A DNA stretch of 64,000 nucleotides from an uncultured Bacilli bacterium (GTDB lineage Bacteria; Bacillota_I; Bacilli_A; RF39; UBA660), in NCBI GenBank assembly GCA_910587325.1, contig CAJUKB010000002.1, positions 32,349 through 96,348 of the forward strand. Reading direction: 5' to 3'. The translations under genes and the position numbers were made by a program. The notes beneath the pieces were generated by a model. It was not told the origin of the DNA. It ran no database searches and saw only the letters and a list, made by a program, of their open reading frames with translations. Below, one piece after another: positions 30,369-41,254 of this stretch; positions within the stretch are counted from its first letter, which is position 1, and every line of letters starts with the position of its first letter.

Positions 30369-30938
30369 TTATAACTCCTCCACTTTCTTACCACGAAGAG
30401 CAGCTATTTTAGCAGGAGTTCTTTCACTTTTTAATGCTTCTAAAGTTGCTTTAGCAACATTAATTTTTGTGTTAGAACCAAGAGACTTAGAAATAACGTC
30501 TTTAATTCCTGCAAGTTCAAGTACACTACGAGCTGCACCACCGGCGATAACTCCTGTACCTTTTACTGCTGGTTTAATAAGTACGTTTGCTCTTCCTACT
30601 TTTCCTGTTGCTTCATGAGGAATTGTTCTTCCATCCATAATTGCTACTTTTGTAACATTTTTATTGGCCATCATGCTTGCTTTCGCGATTGCAGCAGGAA
30701 CTTCGTTTGCTTTTCCTGTTCCAATTCCAACTAAACCTTTTCTATTTCCCACAACAACTGTTGCTGAAAATCTAAAATGTCTACCACCTTTGGTAACTTT
30801 CGTTACACGTCCAATAGAGATTACTTTTTCTTCTAGTAATTTTTTTCTGTCTTTGTTTTCTCTAGAAAAACGTTTTTCCCCAGTTTTAGTAGTATTTTTT
30901 GCAGTATCTTTTGTAATATTAGTGTTCTCTTTTTCCAT
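30369..30938 (-). CDS. rpsE: 30S ribosomal protein S5
   Basis: Conserved S5 sequence ([14 protein letters not shown]). Confidence 0.9.
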   Translation of the reverse strand: MEKENTNITKDTAKNTTKTGEKRFSRENKDRKKLLEEKVISIGRVTKVTKGGRHFRFSATVVVGNRKGLVGIGTGKANEVPAAIAKASMMANKNVTKVAIMDGRTIPHEATGKVGRANVLIKPAVKGTGVIAGGAARSVLELAGIKDVISKSLGSNTKINVAKATLEALKSERTPAKIAALRGKKVEEL

Positions 30939-30948
30939 GATGACCTCC

Positions 30949-31305
30949 TTAGAATTCTAGTCCGTTTTCACGAGCAGCTTCTGCTAAAGCTTTTACGCGA
31001 CCATGATATAGGTTTCCGCCTCTATCAAATACGACTTTCTTTATTTTTGCTTTTGTACATTTTAGAGCGATATCTTTTCCTACCGCTTCGGCAGCCTCTA
31101 TATTTCCACCATTTTTAATTTTTAGAGCAATAGAGGAAGAAGAAGCTAAAGTACTACCTGTTGTATCATCTATAACTTGTACATAGATGCCACTATTTGA
31201 CCTAAATACATTTAATCTTGGTTGTTCAGGAGTTCCACTTAAATTTTTTCTTATACGGGCATGTCTTCTTTTACGAACATCATTTTTTGATTCTTTCTTT
31301 ATCAT
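30949..31305 (-). CDS. rplR: 50S ribosomal protein L18
   Basis: Conserved L18 sequence and position. Confidence 0.9.
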   Translation of the reverse strand: MIKKESKNDVRKRRHARIRKNLSGTPEQPRLNVFRSNSGIYVQVIDDTTGSTLASSSSIALKIKNGGNIEAAEAVGKDIALKCTKAKIKKVVFDRGGNLYHGRVKALAEAARENGLEF

Positions 31306-31317
31306 ACTATACCTCCA

Positions 31318-31854
31318 TTAAGCCGCTTTCTTACCTTCTTTACGACGTACATATTCGCCTTTGTAACGTATACCTTTACCTTTATAAGGCTCTGGCTCAC
31401 GTATCTTACGAACATTCGCCGCAAATTCAGTTACTTTTTGTTTGTCTATACCACTTAACGTAATTTCCGTGTTACTTACAAGTTCTGCTTTAATTCCATC
31501 TGGAATAATTACTTCCACAGGATGTGAGTAACCTGCACTTACTACAATTTTATTTCCTTGTACGTTGAATCTGTATCCTACACCAACAGCTTCTAAACCT
31601 TTAGAAAATCCTTCACTAACTCCGATTAGCATATTATTAATTAGAGAATTTGTTGTTCCTTGCATTACGTTTGCACGAGTGCTTCCATCTACTACTTTTG
31701 TTGTAAGGATAGTATCGTTTACTTCCACACTAACTAAGTTAGAAGTATTAAGCGATAACTCTCCTTTAGGACCTTTCACTGAAACTTTTCCACTTTCAAT
31801 ATTTACTGTAACACCAGTAGGTATTACTAGTTCTCTATTTCCAATTCTACTCAT
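31318..31854 (-). CDS. rplF: 50S ribosomal protein L6
   Basis: The start at MSRIGN is preferred because AAGGAAAG lies 5 nt upstream. Confidence 0.9.
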   Translation of the reverse strand: MSRIGNRELVIPTGVTVNIESGKVSVKGPKGELSLNTSNLVSVEVNDTILTTKVVDGSTRANVMQGTTNSLINNMLIGVSEGFSKGLEAVGVGYRFNVQGNKIVVSAGYSHPVEVIIPDGIKAELVSNTEITLSGIDKQKVTEFAANVRKIREPEPYKGKGIRYKGEYVRRKEGKKAA

Positions 31855-31865
31855 AGGTTCTTTCC

Positions 31866-32261
31866 TTACCAAATATAGGCAAGTACTTCACCTCCAAGTC
31901 TTTCATTTCTTGCTTCTTTGTCTGTCATAAGTCCTTTACTAGTTGAGATGATTGCAATACCAAGTCCATTTAATACACGAGGAATTTCATCGGCTCCAGC
32001 ATAAACACGAAGTCCGGATTTACTAATTCTTTTAAGTCCAGTAATAACTCTTTCTTTCTTTTCTCCGTATTTCAAAGTTAAAGTCAATTTATCTCCCTTA
32101 ACGTTTTTTTCATAAGTATATTCTGCAATATAACCTTCATTTTTTAGGATTTCAGCAATTCCTAAAGTCATTTTTGTCCCAATACACTCAACTGTTTCAT
32201 ATTTTAATTGATTTGCATTACGTATTCTCGTAAGCATATCTGCTATTTTATCTTGTACCAT
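31866..32261 (-). CDS. rpsH: 30S ribosomal protein S8
   Basis: Conserved S8 sequence and position. Confidence 0.9.
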   Translation of the reverse strand: MVQDKIADMLTRIRNANQLKYETVECIGTKMTLGIAEILKNEGYIAEYTYEKNVKGDKLTLTLKYGEKKERVITGLKRISKSGLRVYAGADEIPRVLNGLGIAIISTSKGLMTDKEARNERLGGEVLAYIW

Positions 32262-32277
32262 TTAAAATTCCTCCTTT

Positions 32278-32463
32278 CTACCAACTTGACTTCTTAACGC
32301 CAGGTATTTGGCCCTTATTTGCTAATTCTCTAAAACAGATACGACATAATTTGTATTTACGAAGTACACCATGAGGACGTCCACATCTTTCACAACGTGT
32401 ATAGGCACGAACTTTAAATTTTGGTGTTCTTTGTTGTTTCACTTTTAAACTTGTTTTTGCCAT
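32278..32463 (-). CDS. rpsZ: 30S ribosomal protein S14 type Z (zinc-binding)
   Basis: It is 61 aa and carries the CxxC...CxxC zinc-binding motif. Confidence 0.9.
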   Translation of the reverse strand: MAKTSLKVKQQRTPKFKVRAYTRCERCGRPHGVLRKYKLCRICFRELANKGQIPGVKKSSW

Positions 32464-32475
32464 TTTAAATCCTCC

Positions 32476-33015
32476 TTAATTTCTAAAAGGCATTCCGAAT
32501 GCTTTTAGTAAACTTTCGGCTTCCTTATTTGTATTTGCTGTTGTTACGAATACAATATCCATTCCTCTAATTTTTAAAACGTTATCGTATTCAATTTCAG
32601 GAAATATTAATTGTTCTTTAATGCCTAGTGTATAGTTTCCATGTCCATCAAATGCATGATTTGATACTCCACGAAAGTCTCTCACACGAGGAAGAGCGAC
32701 TTTGATTAGTTTTTCCATAAAGTCATACATATTTTCATTACGTAACGTAACTTTTGCACCAATCGTTTGTCCTTCTCTCAATTTAAATCCGGCGATTGAT
32801 TTACGTGCTTTTGTTACTACAGGCTTTTGTCCTGTAATGGTTTTTAAATCTTCTACAGCAGCATCGATGAATTTATCTTCACGTGCGCCTTCTCCAACAC
32901 CCATGTTAATTACAATTTTTTCTAATTTTGGAACTTGCATAATAGTTTTGTAGTTGTATTCTTTCATTAGGGAAGGAATGATTTCTTTGTTATATAATTC
33001 TTTTAAAGTACTCAT
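32476..33015 (-). CDS. rplE: 50S ribosomal protein L5
   Basis: Conserved L5 sequence and position. Confidence 0.9.
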   Translation of the reverse strand: MSTLKELYNKEIIPSLMKEYNYKTIMQVPKLEKIVINMGVGEGAREDKFIDAAVEDLKTITGQKPVVTKARKSIAGFKLREGQTIGAKVTLRNENMYDFMEKLIKVALPRVRDFRGVSNHAFDGHGNYTLGIKEQLIFPEIEYDNVLKIRGMDIVFVTTANTNKEAESLLKAFGMPFRN

Positions 33016-33017
33016 AT

Positions 33018-33311
33018 CTATTCACCTACTTGTTCTTTCTTTACTTCTTTTTTAGGTTTGTCTTCCTTTTTAGAAGTTTTTTTTGTCGCTTTTTCATCGT
33101 TTAGTTTTACATTTGATACGTGAATTGGGCTAGCCATTTCAATAATGCCACCTTTATCATTGTTATTTGTAGGTTTTTGATGTTTTTTTACGATATTGAT
33201 ACCATCTACAATGACTTTATCAATATTTTTTAAAGTTTTAATAACCGTTCCAGTTTTACCTTTGTCTTTTCCTGCTATTACTTTTACATTATCTCCAACT
33301 TTTATTTTCAT
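33018..33311 (-). CDS. rplX: 50S ribosomal protein L24
   Basis: It has a KOW motif and a lysine-rich C-terminal tail. Confidence 0.9.
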   Translation of the reverse strand: MKIKVGDNVKVIAGKDKGKTGTVIKTLKNIDKVIVDGINIVKKHQKPTNNNDKGGIIEMASPIHVSNVKLNDEKATKKTSKKEDKPKKEVKKEQVGE

Positions 33312-33320
33312 CTTAACCTC

Positions 33321-33689
33321 CTATAAAACCTCAGGTGCTAGTGAAACAATTTTCGCAAAATCTTTTTCTCTTAATTCTCTAGCAACAGGTCCTAATACTC
33401 TTGTACCAACTGGTGTTTTATCGTCTTTAATGATTACACATGCGTTGTCATCAAATTTAATGAAAGAACCATCTTTTCTTTTTACACCTTGTACACTTCT
33501 AACAATGACTGCTTTTACGACTTTTCCTTTTTTTAGGTTTGAGTTTGGAATTGCTTTTTTAACAGTTCCAACAACTACATCCCCAATGTTTCCAAATTTT
33601 CTTGTAGAACCACCTAGTACACGAATTACAAGTAATTCTCTTGCACCAGTATTGTCTGCAACTTTTAATCTTGATTCTTGTTGTACCAT
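33321..33689 (-). CDS. rplN: 50S ribosomal protein L14
   Basis: Conserved L14 sequence ([16 protein letters not shown]). Confidence 0.9.
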   Translation of the reverse strand: MVQQESRLKVADNTGARELLVIRVLGGSTRKFGNIGDVVVGTVKKAIPNSNLKKGKVVKAVIVRSVQGVKRKDGSFIKFDDNACVIIKDDKTPVGTRVLGPVARELREKDFAKIVSLAPEVL

Positions 33690-33698
33690 AGTAACCTC

Positions 33699-33953
33699 CT
33701 ACAGAATTACAGCTTCGATTAGAATTTCTACAAGTTCATATCTTTTGGTTTTTGATAGTGGTCTCGTACTTCTAATTCTTACTGTATCTCCAGCTTTTGC
33801 TTTGTTTTCTTCATCATGGGCTGTATATTTTTTACTTGATTTTACTCTTTTTCCATATAATGGATGACTTTTGTAAGTTTCAACTAGCACAGTAATTGTT
33901 TTGTTGTTTTTAGCACTTACTACTTTTCCAACGAATTCTTGTCTTTTTTCCAT
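33699..33953 (-). CDS. rpsQ: 30S ribosomal protein S17
   Basis: Conserved S17 sequence and position. Confidence 0.9.
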   Translation of the reverse strand: MEKRQEFVGKVVSAKNNKTITVLVETYKSHPLYGKRVKSSKKYTAHDEENKAKAGDTVRIRSTRPLSKTKRYELVEILIEAVIL

Positions 33954-34168
33954 TATTCATTCCCTCCTGTGCTTTGTTCTCTTTCTTTTAAGACGGTTAG
34001 CATTCTTGCTACGTCTTTTTTCATTTCCTTTAGCTTTGATGTTTTATCAAGTGAGCCAGTTGCATTTTTAATACGTAAGTTTAATAATTCTTTTTTAGAT
34101 TCTTTTACTTTTTCTAAAATTTCTTCATCTTTTAATTTTCTTATTTCGCTAACTTTCACTTGAAACAC
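33953..34168 (-). CDS. rpmC: 50S ribosomal protein L29
   Basis: It is 71 aa and lies between rplP and rpsQ. Confidence 0.85.
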   Translation of the reverse strand: MFQVKVSEIRKLKDEEILEKVKESKKELLNLRIKNATGSLDKTSKLKEMKKDVARMLTVLKEREQSTGGNE

Positions 34169-34574
34169 CTTCTCTCATAACGAATTTAGTTTTCACAGCA
34201 AGTTTATGAGAAGCAAGTCTTAATGCTTCACGAGCAACTTCTTCCGATACTCCGCTGATTTCAAACATAATTTTTCCTTCTTTAACTACTGCTACCCATT
34301 CATCTACGTTTCCTTTACCTTTACCTTGACGAGTTTCTAGTGGTTTTTTCGTACGAGGCATATGTGGAAATATATTAATATATACTTTTCCACCACGTTT
34401 CATGTAACGTGTCATAGCAATACGAGCAGCTTCGATTTGACGAGCAGAAATCCAATTTCCTTCTTTGGCCATTAGTCCATAATCTCCAAAATGAAGTTCC
34501 GTATTTCCTTTTGCGTGTCCATCATAAGTCCATCTATGCGTTTTTCTAAATTTAGTTCTTTTTGGCATCAACAT
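34149..34574 (-). CDS. rplP: 50S ribosomal protein L16
   Basis: The start at [11 protein letters not shown] is preferred because AAGGAGAG lies 8 nt upstream. It overlaps the 3' end of rpsC. Confidence 0.9.
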   Translation of the reverse strand: MLMPKRTKFRKTHRWTYDGHAKGNTELHFGDYGLMAKEGNWISARQIEAARIAMTRYMKRGGKVYINIFPHMPRTKKPLETRQGKGKGNVDEWVAVVKEGKIMFEISGVSEEVAREALRLASHKLAVKTKFVMREGVSSES

Positions 34575-35232
34575 TTTGAACACTCTCCTTTTTTGTCCTG
34601 CTGCTAGGAAGAATTTCACCTTTGTAGATCCAAACTTTTACACCAATTTTTCCATAAGTTGTATCTGCTTCACTATGTGCATAATCAATATCAGCTCTAA
34701 GTGTATGAAGTGGAACAGTTCCTTCTGTATATCCTTCGGTTCTTGCCATTTCAGCTCCGGCAAGTCTTCCTGATACAGAAGTTTTGATTCCTTTTGCTCC
34801 TGCTTTCATTGTATTACGTAGCGCCCTTTTTTGTGCACTTCTAAATGGAGCACGATTGGCGATTTGGCTTGCTATATTGTCTGCAACTAACTTTGCAACT
34901 AAATCTGGATTTTTTACTTCTACGATTGAGATGTATACTTCTTCTCCAACGTATTTTGATAAAGCCTTTCTTAACTTTTCAATATCTTCTCCACCACGAC
35001 CAATAATAACGCCTGGTTTTGCAGTATTGATGGTTACTTCGCATTTATCCTTTTTTCTTTCAATAATGACTGAGGCAACAGCGGCATCTTTTAAATTCTT
35101 TGCAATGTATTCACGAATTTTGATATCTTTATTTAAAGTATCACCAAAATCACGTTTTTTTGCATACCACTTAGAATCCCAAGTTTTATTGACTCCAAGT
35201 CTATATCCTATTGGATTTACCTTTTGTCCCAT
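34552..35232 (-). CDS. rpsC: 30S ribosomal protein S3
   Basis: It has a KH domain. The N-terminus is [13 protein letters not shown]. Confidence 0.9.
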   Translation of the reverse strand: MGQKVNPIGYRLGVNKTWDSKWYAKKRDFGDTLNKDIKIREYIAKNLKDAAVASVIIERKKDKCEVTINTAKPGVIIGRGGEDIEKLRKALSKYVGEEVYISIVEVKNPDLVAKLVADNIASQIANRAPFRSAQKRALRNTMKAGAKGIKTSVSGRLAGAEMARTEGYTEGTVPLHTLRADIDYAHSEADTTYGKIGVKVWIYKGEILPSSRTKKESVQNVDAKKN

Positions 35233-35577
35233 TTAACTCGCCACCTTCCCATCACTTACTTTAACAGTAATATGACTTGTTCTTTTGTCTCTTCTATCGA
35301 CATTTCCACGACTTGCAAATTTAATTCTTTTGTATACAGGTCCTGGATTGATATAGCATTCACTTACGAATAAATCTGTTTCGCTTGCTCCCTCATTATT
35401 TACAGCATTTGCAATTGCACTTTTTAATACTTTCATAATAAGGCGACTTGCTTTTGTATTGGTTGTTTCTAAAATACCTTCTGCCGTAGCTACATCTTTT
35501 CCTCTTATAAGGTCAAGAGTCATTCTTGCTTTTCTTGGTGCAATCATTGCACTTTTATGTATTGCATAACTTTCCAT
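35233..35577 (-). CDS. rplV: 50S ribosomal protein L22
   Basis: Conserved L22 sequence and position. Confidence 0.9.
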   Translation of the reverse strand: MESYAIHKSAMIAPRKARMTLDLIRGKDVATAEGILETTNTKASRLIMKVLKSAIANAVNNEGASETDLFVSECYINPGPVYKRIKFASRGNVDRRDKRTSHITVKVSDGKVAS

Positions 35578-35589
35578 TTCCAGAGCCTC

Positions 35590-35853
35590 CTACTTTTGTC
35601 CTGCGTGTCCGCCAAATTTACGAGTCCCGGCGAACTCTCCTAATTTGTGTCCAACCATTTCTTCTGTTACATAAACAGGAATAAATTCTTTCCCATTATG
35701 TACTGCAAATGTATGTCCTACAAAATCAGGGAATATCGTTGAACGACGAGAATATGTTTTAATTACTTCTTTTTTATTTACCTTATTTAATTCTTGTACT
35801 TTTTTTAGTAGTCTATCAAATACATAAGGTCCTTTTTTTAAACTTCTTGCCAT
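35590..35853 (-). CDS. rpsS: 30S ribosomal protein S19
   Basis: Conserved S19 sequence ([10 protein letters not shown]). Confidence 0.9.
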   Translation of the reverse strand: MARSLKKGPYVFDRLLKKVQELNKVNKKEVIKTYSRRSTIFPDFVGHTFAVHNGKEFIPVYVTEEMVGHKLGEFAGTRKFGGHAGQK

Positions 35854-35862
35854 AACAACCTC

Positions 35863-36693
35863 CTACTTTTTCTTTCTACTAACAATAAGTTTGTTAGAAG
35901 CTTTCTTATTTTTTCTTGTTTTATATCCAAGAGCAGGTTTACCCCAAGGAGTAACTGGTGTTTTACGTCCAATAGGAGCACGTCCTTCTCCACCACCATG
36001 AGGGTGGTCATTAGGGTTCATAACAGAACCACGGTTGGTAGGTTTGATTCCCATGTGACGAGTTCTACCTGCTTTTCCAATGTTTACAAGTTCATAGTCT
36101 TCGTTTCCTACTACACCAATTGTAGCTACACAAGTCCCTAGAATTTTTCTTGTTTCACCTGATTGAAGTCTTACCAAAACATATTTTCCTTCACGACCAA
36201 GGATTTGAGCAGAAGCTCCAGCACTACGACATAATTCTGCGCCTTTTCCCGGCTTTAATTCTATACAATGAATGACTGTACCTACTGGAATATTTTCAAG
36301 TGGAAGTGCATTTCCGACTTTGATATCCGCATTTACTCCACTTTCAATAATAGTTCCAACTGTTAAATCTTTTGGAGCAATGATGTATCTTTTTTCGCCA
36401 TCTTTATAATGAATCAAAGCAATGTTTGCACTACGATTTGGATCGTATTCAATTGTTGCAACACGTCCTGGAACACCAACTTTATTTCTTTTAAAATCAA
36501 TTATACGATATCTTTGTTTTGCTCCTCCGCCAATATGACGAACTGTTAATTTACCTTGGTTATTTCTTCCACCGGTTTTTGTCTTTTTGGTAGTTAGAGA
36601 TTTTAGAGGTTTGCTTGCGGTTAACTCATCGTTTGCAAGTGTTGACATTCCCCTACGGCCATTCGTCGTTGGTTTATATTTCTTAATTGCCAT
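35863..36693 (-). CDS. rplB: 50S ribosomal protein L2
   Basis: Conserved L2 sequence. Length is 276 aa. Confidence 0.9.
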   Translation of the reverse strand: MAIKKYKPTTNGRRGMSTLANDELTASKPLKSLTTKKTKTGGRNNQGKLTVRHIGGGAKQRYRIIDFKRNKVGVPGRVATIEYDPNRSANIALIHYKDGEKRYIIAPKDLTVGTIIESGVNADIKVGNALPLENIPVGTVIHCIELKPGKGAELCRSAGASAQILGREGKYVLVRLQSGETRKILGTCVATIGVVGNEDYELVNIGKAGRTRHMGIKPTNRGSVMNPNDHPHGGGEGRAPIGRKTPVTPWGKPALGYKTRKNKKASNKLIVSRKKK

Positions 36694-36705
36694 AACAATA
36701 CCTCC

Positions 36706-36978
36706 TTACATCTCAATCGTTTCGCCGTCTTTAAGACTTACGATTGCTTTCTTATAAACTTTAGTTTTTCCAGTATATTTTCCTACTCTTCTGTCTTTTG
36801 GTTTTGTAACTAATGTATTAATTTTTTCTACATGTACACCAAATTGAGCTTCAATAGTTTTTTTGATTTGTGTTTTGGTTGCTCTTTTGTCTACTTTGAA
36901 TGTATAAACACCTACTTGAGCGTTCATAGCACTTTTTTCAGTAACTACTGGAGCAATAATAATATCGGGGTTAGTCAT
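36706..36978 (-). CDS. rplW: 50S ribosomal protein L23
   Basis: Conserved L23 sequence and position. Confidence 0.9.
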   Translation of the reverse strand: MTNPDIIIAPVVTEKSAMNAQVGVYTFKVDKRATKTQIKKTIEAQFGVHVEKINTLVTKPKDRRVGKYTGKTKVYKKAIVSLKDGETIEM

Positions 36979-37600
36979 TTTTTAATACCTCCTCCATGTA
37001 ATTAACTGCTGCTTCATCACAAACAAGGTAGTCTGCATTTACTAAGTCTAAGCAATTAATTTCATCTGCAAGTATCGCATAAGCATAACCTAAGTTTCTT
37101 GATGCCATATATAGATTCGGATTATCTTCTTTGGTTACAAATAATACTTTACCTGCTAAATTTAATGTATCAAGTATCGTTTTTACTTCTTTTGTTTTTA
37201 AAGTATCAAGTTTAATGTCATCAATCACGATTAACTCTTTACTTGTGTATTTATAAGTTAGAGCACTCTTAAGAGCAAGTGTTCTTTCTTTTTTATTAAT
37301 TTTAAATGTGTAATCACGTGGAGTAACTCCTAGTGCTACACCTCCACCACGCCATACAGGAGAGCGATTAGATCCAGCTCTTGCACGACCTGTTCCTTTT
37401 TGTTTCCATGGTTTTCTTCCTCCACCAGAAACTTCACTTCTTGTTTTCGTTTTTGCAGTTCCTTGACGAGTCGCATCAAGTTGCAAACGAATCATTTTCT
37501 TTAAACAATCATCATTAGTTTCAATTTTCCATATAGAATCACTTATTGTGATGTCTTTAAGTTTTTCACCTTTAAGGTTTTTAAGTTCAACTTTTGCCAT
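36971..37600 (-). CDS. rplD: 50S ribosomal protein L4
   Basis: Conserved L4 sequence and position. Confidence 0.9.
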   Translation of the reverse strand: MAKVELKNLKGEKLKDITISDSIWKIETNDDCLKKMIRLQLDATRQGTAKTKTRSEVSGGGRKPWKQKGTGRARAGSNRSPVWRGGGVALGVTPRDYTFKINKKERTLALKSALTYKYTSKELIVIDDIKLDTLKTKEVKTILDTLNLAGKVLFVTKEDNPNLYMASRNLGYAYAILADEINCLDLVNADYLVCDEAAVNYMEEVLKND

Positions 37601-37623
37601 TCTTTATCCCTCCAATAAGTGTC

Positions 37624-38439
37624 CTAATTTTCTTCTACTGCTTCTTTAGCAGTCTCTTCTTTTTCTTCTGTTGTTTCTTCTGTAACTTCAGCAGTTTCTT
37701 CTACTGGAGTTTCTACTGTTTCTTCAACAGTTTCAGAAGTAGTATTTACTTCTTCTACTGCATCAACAACGGTTTCTTCTGTATAAGTAATAACTTCGAA
37801 TTCTGCTTTCTTTTTGTTATTCTTAACAGCGTTCTTAATTAAAACTAATGAATTTTTAGGTCCTGGAATATTTCCACTTACTAAAATGTAGTTTTCTTCT
37901 GCATTTACTTCTACAATTTGCAAATTTTGTATTGTAATGGTTTCATGTCCCATATGACCTGGTAATTTTTTACCCTTTAATACTCTTTTTGGTAACATAG
38001 TACCCATTGAACCTGGTCCTCTATGATAGTGTGAGCCATGTCCCATTGGGCCACGATGTTGATTGTGTCTTTTGATTACACCTTGGAAACCTTTTCCTTT
38101 TGAAGTACCAGTGACATCCACAATCTCTCCTACTTCAAATACATCAGCGCTTAAAGTTTGCCCTTGTGTGTAAGTTCCTTCCACATTTCTTAATTCTTTT
38201 AAGAAGCGCTTAGGTGTAGTACTCGCTTTTTTAGCATGTCCTATTGCTTGCTTAGAAGCATTTTTTTCTTTTTTGTCTACTACGCCAAGTTGGATTGCAC
38301 TATAGCCATCATTTTCTACTGTTTTTACTTGCATTACTACATTAGGAGTAACTTCTACAACAGTAACGGGAATCAATTTTCCATCTTTAGTGAAGACTTG
38401 TGTCATTCCAACTTTACGCCCTAAGATTCCTTTTTTCAT
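37624..38439 (-). CDS. rplC: 50S ribosomal protein L3 with an acidic C-terminal extension
   Basis: The conserved L3 core is followed by about 55 extra residues rich in Glu, Thr and Val ([23 protein letters not shown]...EEN). Confidence 0.9.
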   Translation of the reverse strand: MKKGILGRKVGMTQVFTKDGKLIPVTVVEVTPNVVMQVKTVENDGYSAIQLGVVDKKEKNASKQAIGHAKKASTTPKRFLKELRNVEGTYTQGQTLSADVFEVGEIVDVTGTSKGKGFQGVIKRHNQHRGPMGHGSHYHRGPGSMGTMLPKRVLKGKKLPGHMGHETITIQNLQIVEVNAEENYILVSGNIPGPKNSLVLIKNAVKNNKKKAEFEVITYTEETVVDAVEEVNTTSETVEETVETPVEETAEVTEETTEEKEETAKEAVEEN

Positions 38440-38459
38440 ATTACTTTTCCTTCCTTATA

Positions 38460-38768
38460 TTATAATTTAATATCAATGTCTACACCACTTGGTATATCTA
38501 AGTGTGTTAAAGCATCAATAACTTCTTTGCTAGGTTCTAAGATATCAATTAGTCTTTTGTGTGTACGACTTTCAAATTGTTCTCTTGAATCTTTGTATTT
38601 GTGAACTGCTCTTAATACTGTAACACGTTCTATTTCAGTAGGAAGAGGAATTGGTCCACTAATACGTCCTCCTAGTCTTTTTACGGTTTCTACAATCTTT
38701 CCTGCTGCTAAATCTAATATTTTATTATCATAAGCTCTAAGATTGATACGTACTTTGTTTTTTGACAT
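38460..38768 (-). CDS. rpsJ: 30S ribosomal protein S10
   Basis: Conserved S10 sequence. It is the first gene of the cluster, with the site AAAGGAGA upstream. Confidence 0.9.
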   Translation of the reverse strand: MSKNKVRINLRAYDNKILDLAAGKIVETVKRLGGRISGPIPLPTEIERVTVLRAVHKYKDSREQFESRTHKRLIDILEPSKEVIDALTHLDIPSGVDIDIKL

Positions 38769-39159
38769 ATTTTATTGTCTCCTTTCGCCTATATCTAGTA
38801 TAGACTAGCTCCGTACAAATTCCCTGAATTATAGATTTTGTTTTAACAACTCAACCTAGTGTATCAGCAACCTCGCACATCCAAGCCGTCATACATATTT
38901 CATTTTAACACTATATAATATGAAATGCAAGCAGAAATTTTGCCTATTTTCCGTTCCTTTCATTTAGTAACATTCAAAAAGATATACAAGTAAATCTATT
39001 TTTATTAAACATAAAAGGAAGTTAAAGATATATTCACTAGCAAAAAACAATTAAAGTCAGTTATCAAATGCAAGTTTAACTTTTATAAAGTGCTTGCCAA
39101 AATCAAGTTTTGGAAATATTAACTTTTTTTAACAAGCAATTCTTATTACAGAAAAATCA
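38769..39159 (-). promoter_or_regulatory. long untranslated leader and promoter region upstream of the S10 operon
   Basis: About 460 nt of non-coding sequence separate rpsJ from the upstream gene. It includes a local GC-rich segment and small palindromes. No specific element was recognised. Confidence 0.3.
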
Positions 39160-39202
39160 CTCATAATAAAAACAACCAATGTTAACTAACGCCATTTTGG
39201 TT
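39160..39202 (-). terminator. rho-independent terminator after the 160-aa membrane protein gene
   Basis: On the minus strand the hairpin CAACCAAAATGG...CCATTGGTTG is followed by TTTTTATTATG. Confidence 0.45.
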
Positions 39203-39230
39203 GCTTATAAAAAATAGTTATGATTATTCT

Positions 39231-39713
39231 TCATATTTCTTTGCAAATGTATCCTAAAATTTCAATGTCCTTAATATAATCGTTTAAAGGTTCATCATTA
39301 TTTACATAATTCTCAAAATTTACAGGAATAAATGTTTTAGAACTATAAGTCTTCATTAATTTTTTTTCATCTATCTCTTCATCAAAATCGTTTTTACTTT
39401 CTCTTTCAAGTGAATCAAATCCTAAAACATTCGTAAATTCATACTTCTCTTGTGTTAAAAAATTAGTCATTTCTATATCATCTTTAATCTTAAAAGAAAT
39501 GCTGTAAATTGATTTATATTTTCCTAAATCTTCATCATCAATGCTTCGGAAATCAAAAGATTCCCAGTCTGTTTTTTTTTCACACAGATATTCTTTTGTC
39601 TTTTTGTCCAATTTGGTTTCATTTTGCTTGTTTATATAGAAATATACACCGATAGCACTAATTAACGCTAATAGAATTAGAATAAATATAATTATTTTCT
39701 TTTTATTTTTCAT
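39231..39713 (-). CDS. hypothetical membrane-anchored protein
   Basis: It has an N-terminal transmembrane anchor (IIIFILILLALISAIGVYFYI) and an acidic extracellular part. Length is 160 aa. Confidence 0.5.
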   Translation of the reverse strand: MKNKKKIIIFILILLALISAIGVYFYINKQNETKLDKKTKEYLCEKKTDWESFDFRSIDDEDLGKYKSIYSISFKIKDDIEMTNFLTQEKYEFTNVLGFDSLERESKNDFDEEIDEKKLMKTYSSKTFIPVNFENYVNNDEPLNDYIKDIEILGYICKEI

Positions 39714-39721
39714 TTTCCCTC

Positions 39722-41167
39722 CTAGTAATAACAGATATTGTTGCTTTTATTTAAAGTTCCGCCATAAGGGCATAAAAAGCATGTATATTTTTCTTTCTTA
39801 GTTCCATACTTCTTAGCATCACACTCAGTATAATACCAATTGCAATGACAATCTTTAGGTCCGTCACATCCCCCTTTATCCTCACCATTGTGATCTTTTT
39901 CACTCCAAGATCCACATCTGTTTTTGCATCTTGGAACTTCTCTTTCACATGTGCTTTGAACAGCAGGATAGTTATGCTTTACTTGAAAAGTTACACTACT
40001 TATTACTCCAGAATTTGCTATTGCTGTACAAGTAACAGTATATACGCCTGATTTTTTACTTACCGTCGGATTACAGCTTACTTTTCCAACTCCAGAAGAA
40101 CCCCAAGTCACATCTATATTATTTACAAAGTCATAATCGCTATTTCCTAAGGTTAATGGATTTTTTTTAGCTGCGATTTTTGGCGGAGTTTTATCTATAT
40201 TTTTTATTTCAAATTTCTTTGTACTTACATCTTCTGAAACATTTCCTGCATTGTCTTTTACGCATACATAATAAATGCCATTATCTTTATAAGTTTCAAA
40301 ACTACTGCTATTATTAGTTTCATACTTTACTTCATTGCAATTCGAATTTGAGCCTACATAATATCCATAAATTCCAGAACCATTTCCATCATTTGCAGTA
40401 ACTGTTACTTTTTTATCTTGGGAAGTATATTCATTTTCACTCTCAATAAAAGTCTCATAAATTACAGGCCTTTGTTTATCTATTTTTACTTTTACTTGTG
40501 CTTGATACATTGTTCCATCACTTAATTCTATTGTGACAAAATACTCTGTATTTACTATTTGTTCTGCTATAACTAAATATTCATTTTTACTAAAGAAATC
40601 TCCACTTATATCTCTTGTTTCTTGTCCTATATTTGATTGCCATGTGATTTTTTTAATATCTTCTACGTTTATTTTTTCTCCAATATATGCTTCCAAAATA
40701 ACATTTTTATTTGTCCAAGTATTTTCTTCTATTTTTTCCCCTTTTGTTACATTGTCACTAGTTGCATAAATGTTAATTCCCAAATTTTGATTTTTTATCA
40801 CTAAATTATCTAAGTTGCATTCTTCTTCTTCTGAATATTCTCCATATAAGTTGTTTTCTTCTTTTCTTATACTGACAATATGGCAATTTAGTCTACTCCC
40901 ATCAATCGGACTTTTTACATTTCCTTCTTCATCATCTGCATCTATATATCCTAATTTCACTAAATTGTCTACATTTGTTAAAAGGTTTCCTGTATCGTTT
41001 GCATAATCACTGGCTTTTGTTTCTATATAACTTACTAAGTTTTCGTGTGATTTTTCTTTTACATTTTTAGATATTTTTCCGTATCCACTCACCGCTATTA
41101 ATATAATAATTGCTAAAACTACAATTACTCCTAATAATTCTACAAGTGTAAAACCTCTTTTTTTCAT
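39722..41167 (-). CDS. large protein with a prepilin-type N-terminal cleavage/methylation domain, Ig-like repeats and a Cys-rich C-terminus
   Basis: The N-terminus MKKRGFTLVELLGVIVVLAIIILIA is a class III signal (G/F cleavage, Glu at +5). The C-terminal 90 aa contain about 18 Cys. Confidence 0.6.
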   Translation of the reverse strand: MKKRGFTLVELLGVIVVLAIIILIAVSGYGKISKNVKEKSHENLVSYIETKASDYANDTGNLLTNVDNLVKLGYIDADDEEGNVKSPIDGSRLNCHIVSIRKEENNLYGEYSEEEECNLDNLVIKNQNLGINIYATSDNVTKGEKIEENTWTNKNVILEAYIGEKINVEDIKKITWQSNIGQETRDISGDFFSKNEYLVIAEQIVNTEYFVTIELSDGTMYQAQVKVKIDKQRPVIYETFIESENEYTSQDKKVTVTANDGNGSGIYGYYVGSNSNCNEVKYETNNSSSFETYKDNGIYYVCVKDNAGNVSEDVSTKKFEIKNIDKTPPKIAAKKNPLTLGNSDYDFVNNIDVTWGSSGVGKVSCNPTVSKKSGVYTVTCTAIANSGVISSVTFQVKHNYPAVQSTCEREVPRCKNRCGSWSEKDHNGEDKGGCDGPKDCHCNWYYTECDAKKYGTKKEKYTCFLCPYGGTLNKSNNICYY

Positions 41168-41254
41168 AATTACTCCTCCAAATTATATTTAAATTATACC
41201 CCAAATTAATCCAAAATAAAAGAGAAACGTATTTCTATGTCTCTCTACCCATGC

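Noticed and set aside
33196-33867. A 223-aa plus-strand ORF, together with several other plus-strand ORFs (e.g. 34784..35236, 37594..37842, 30664..30960).
   Set aside because: They run antisense across highly conserved minus-strand ribosomal protein genes. Their translations are low-complexity and typical of antisense reading of AT-rich coding DNA, so they are spurious.
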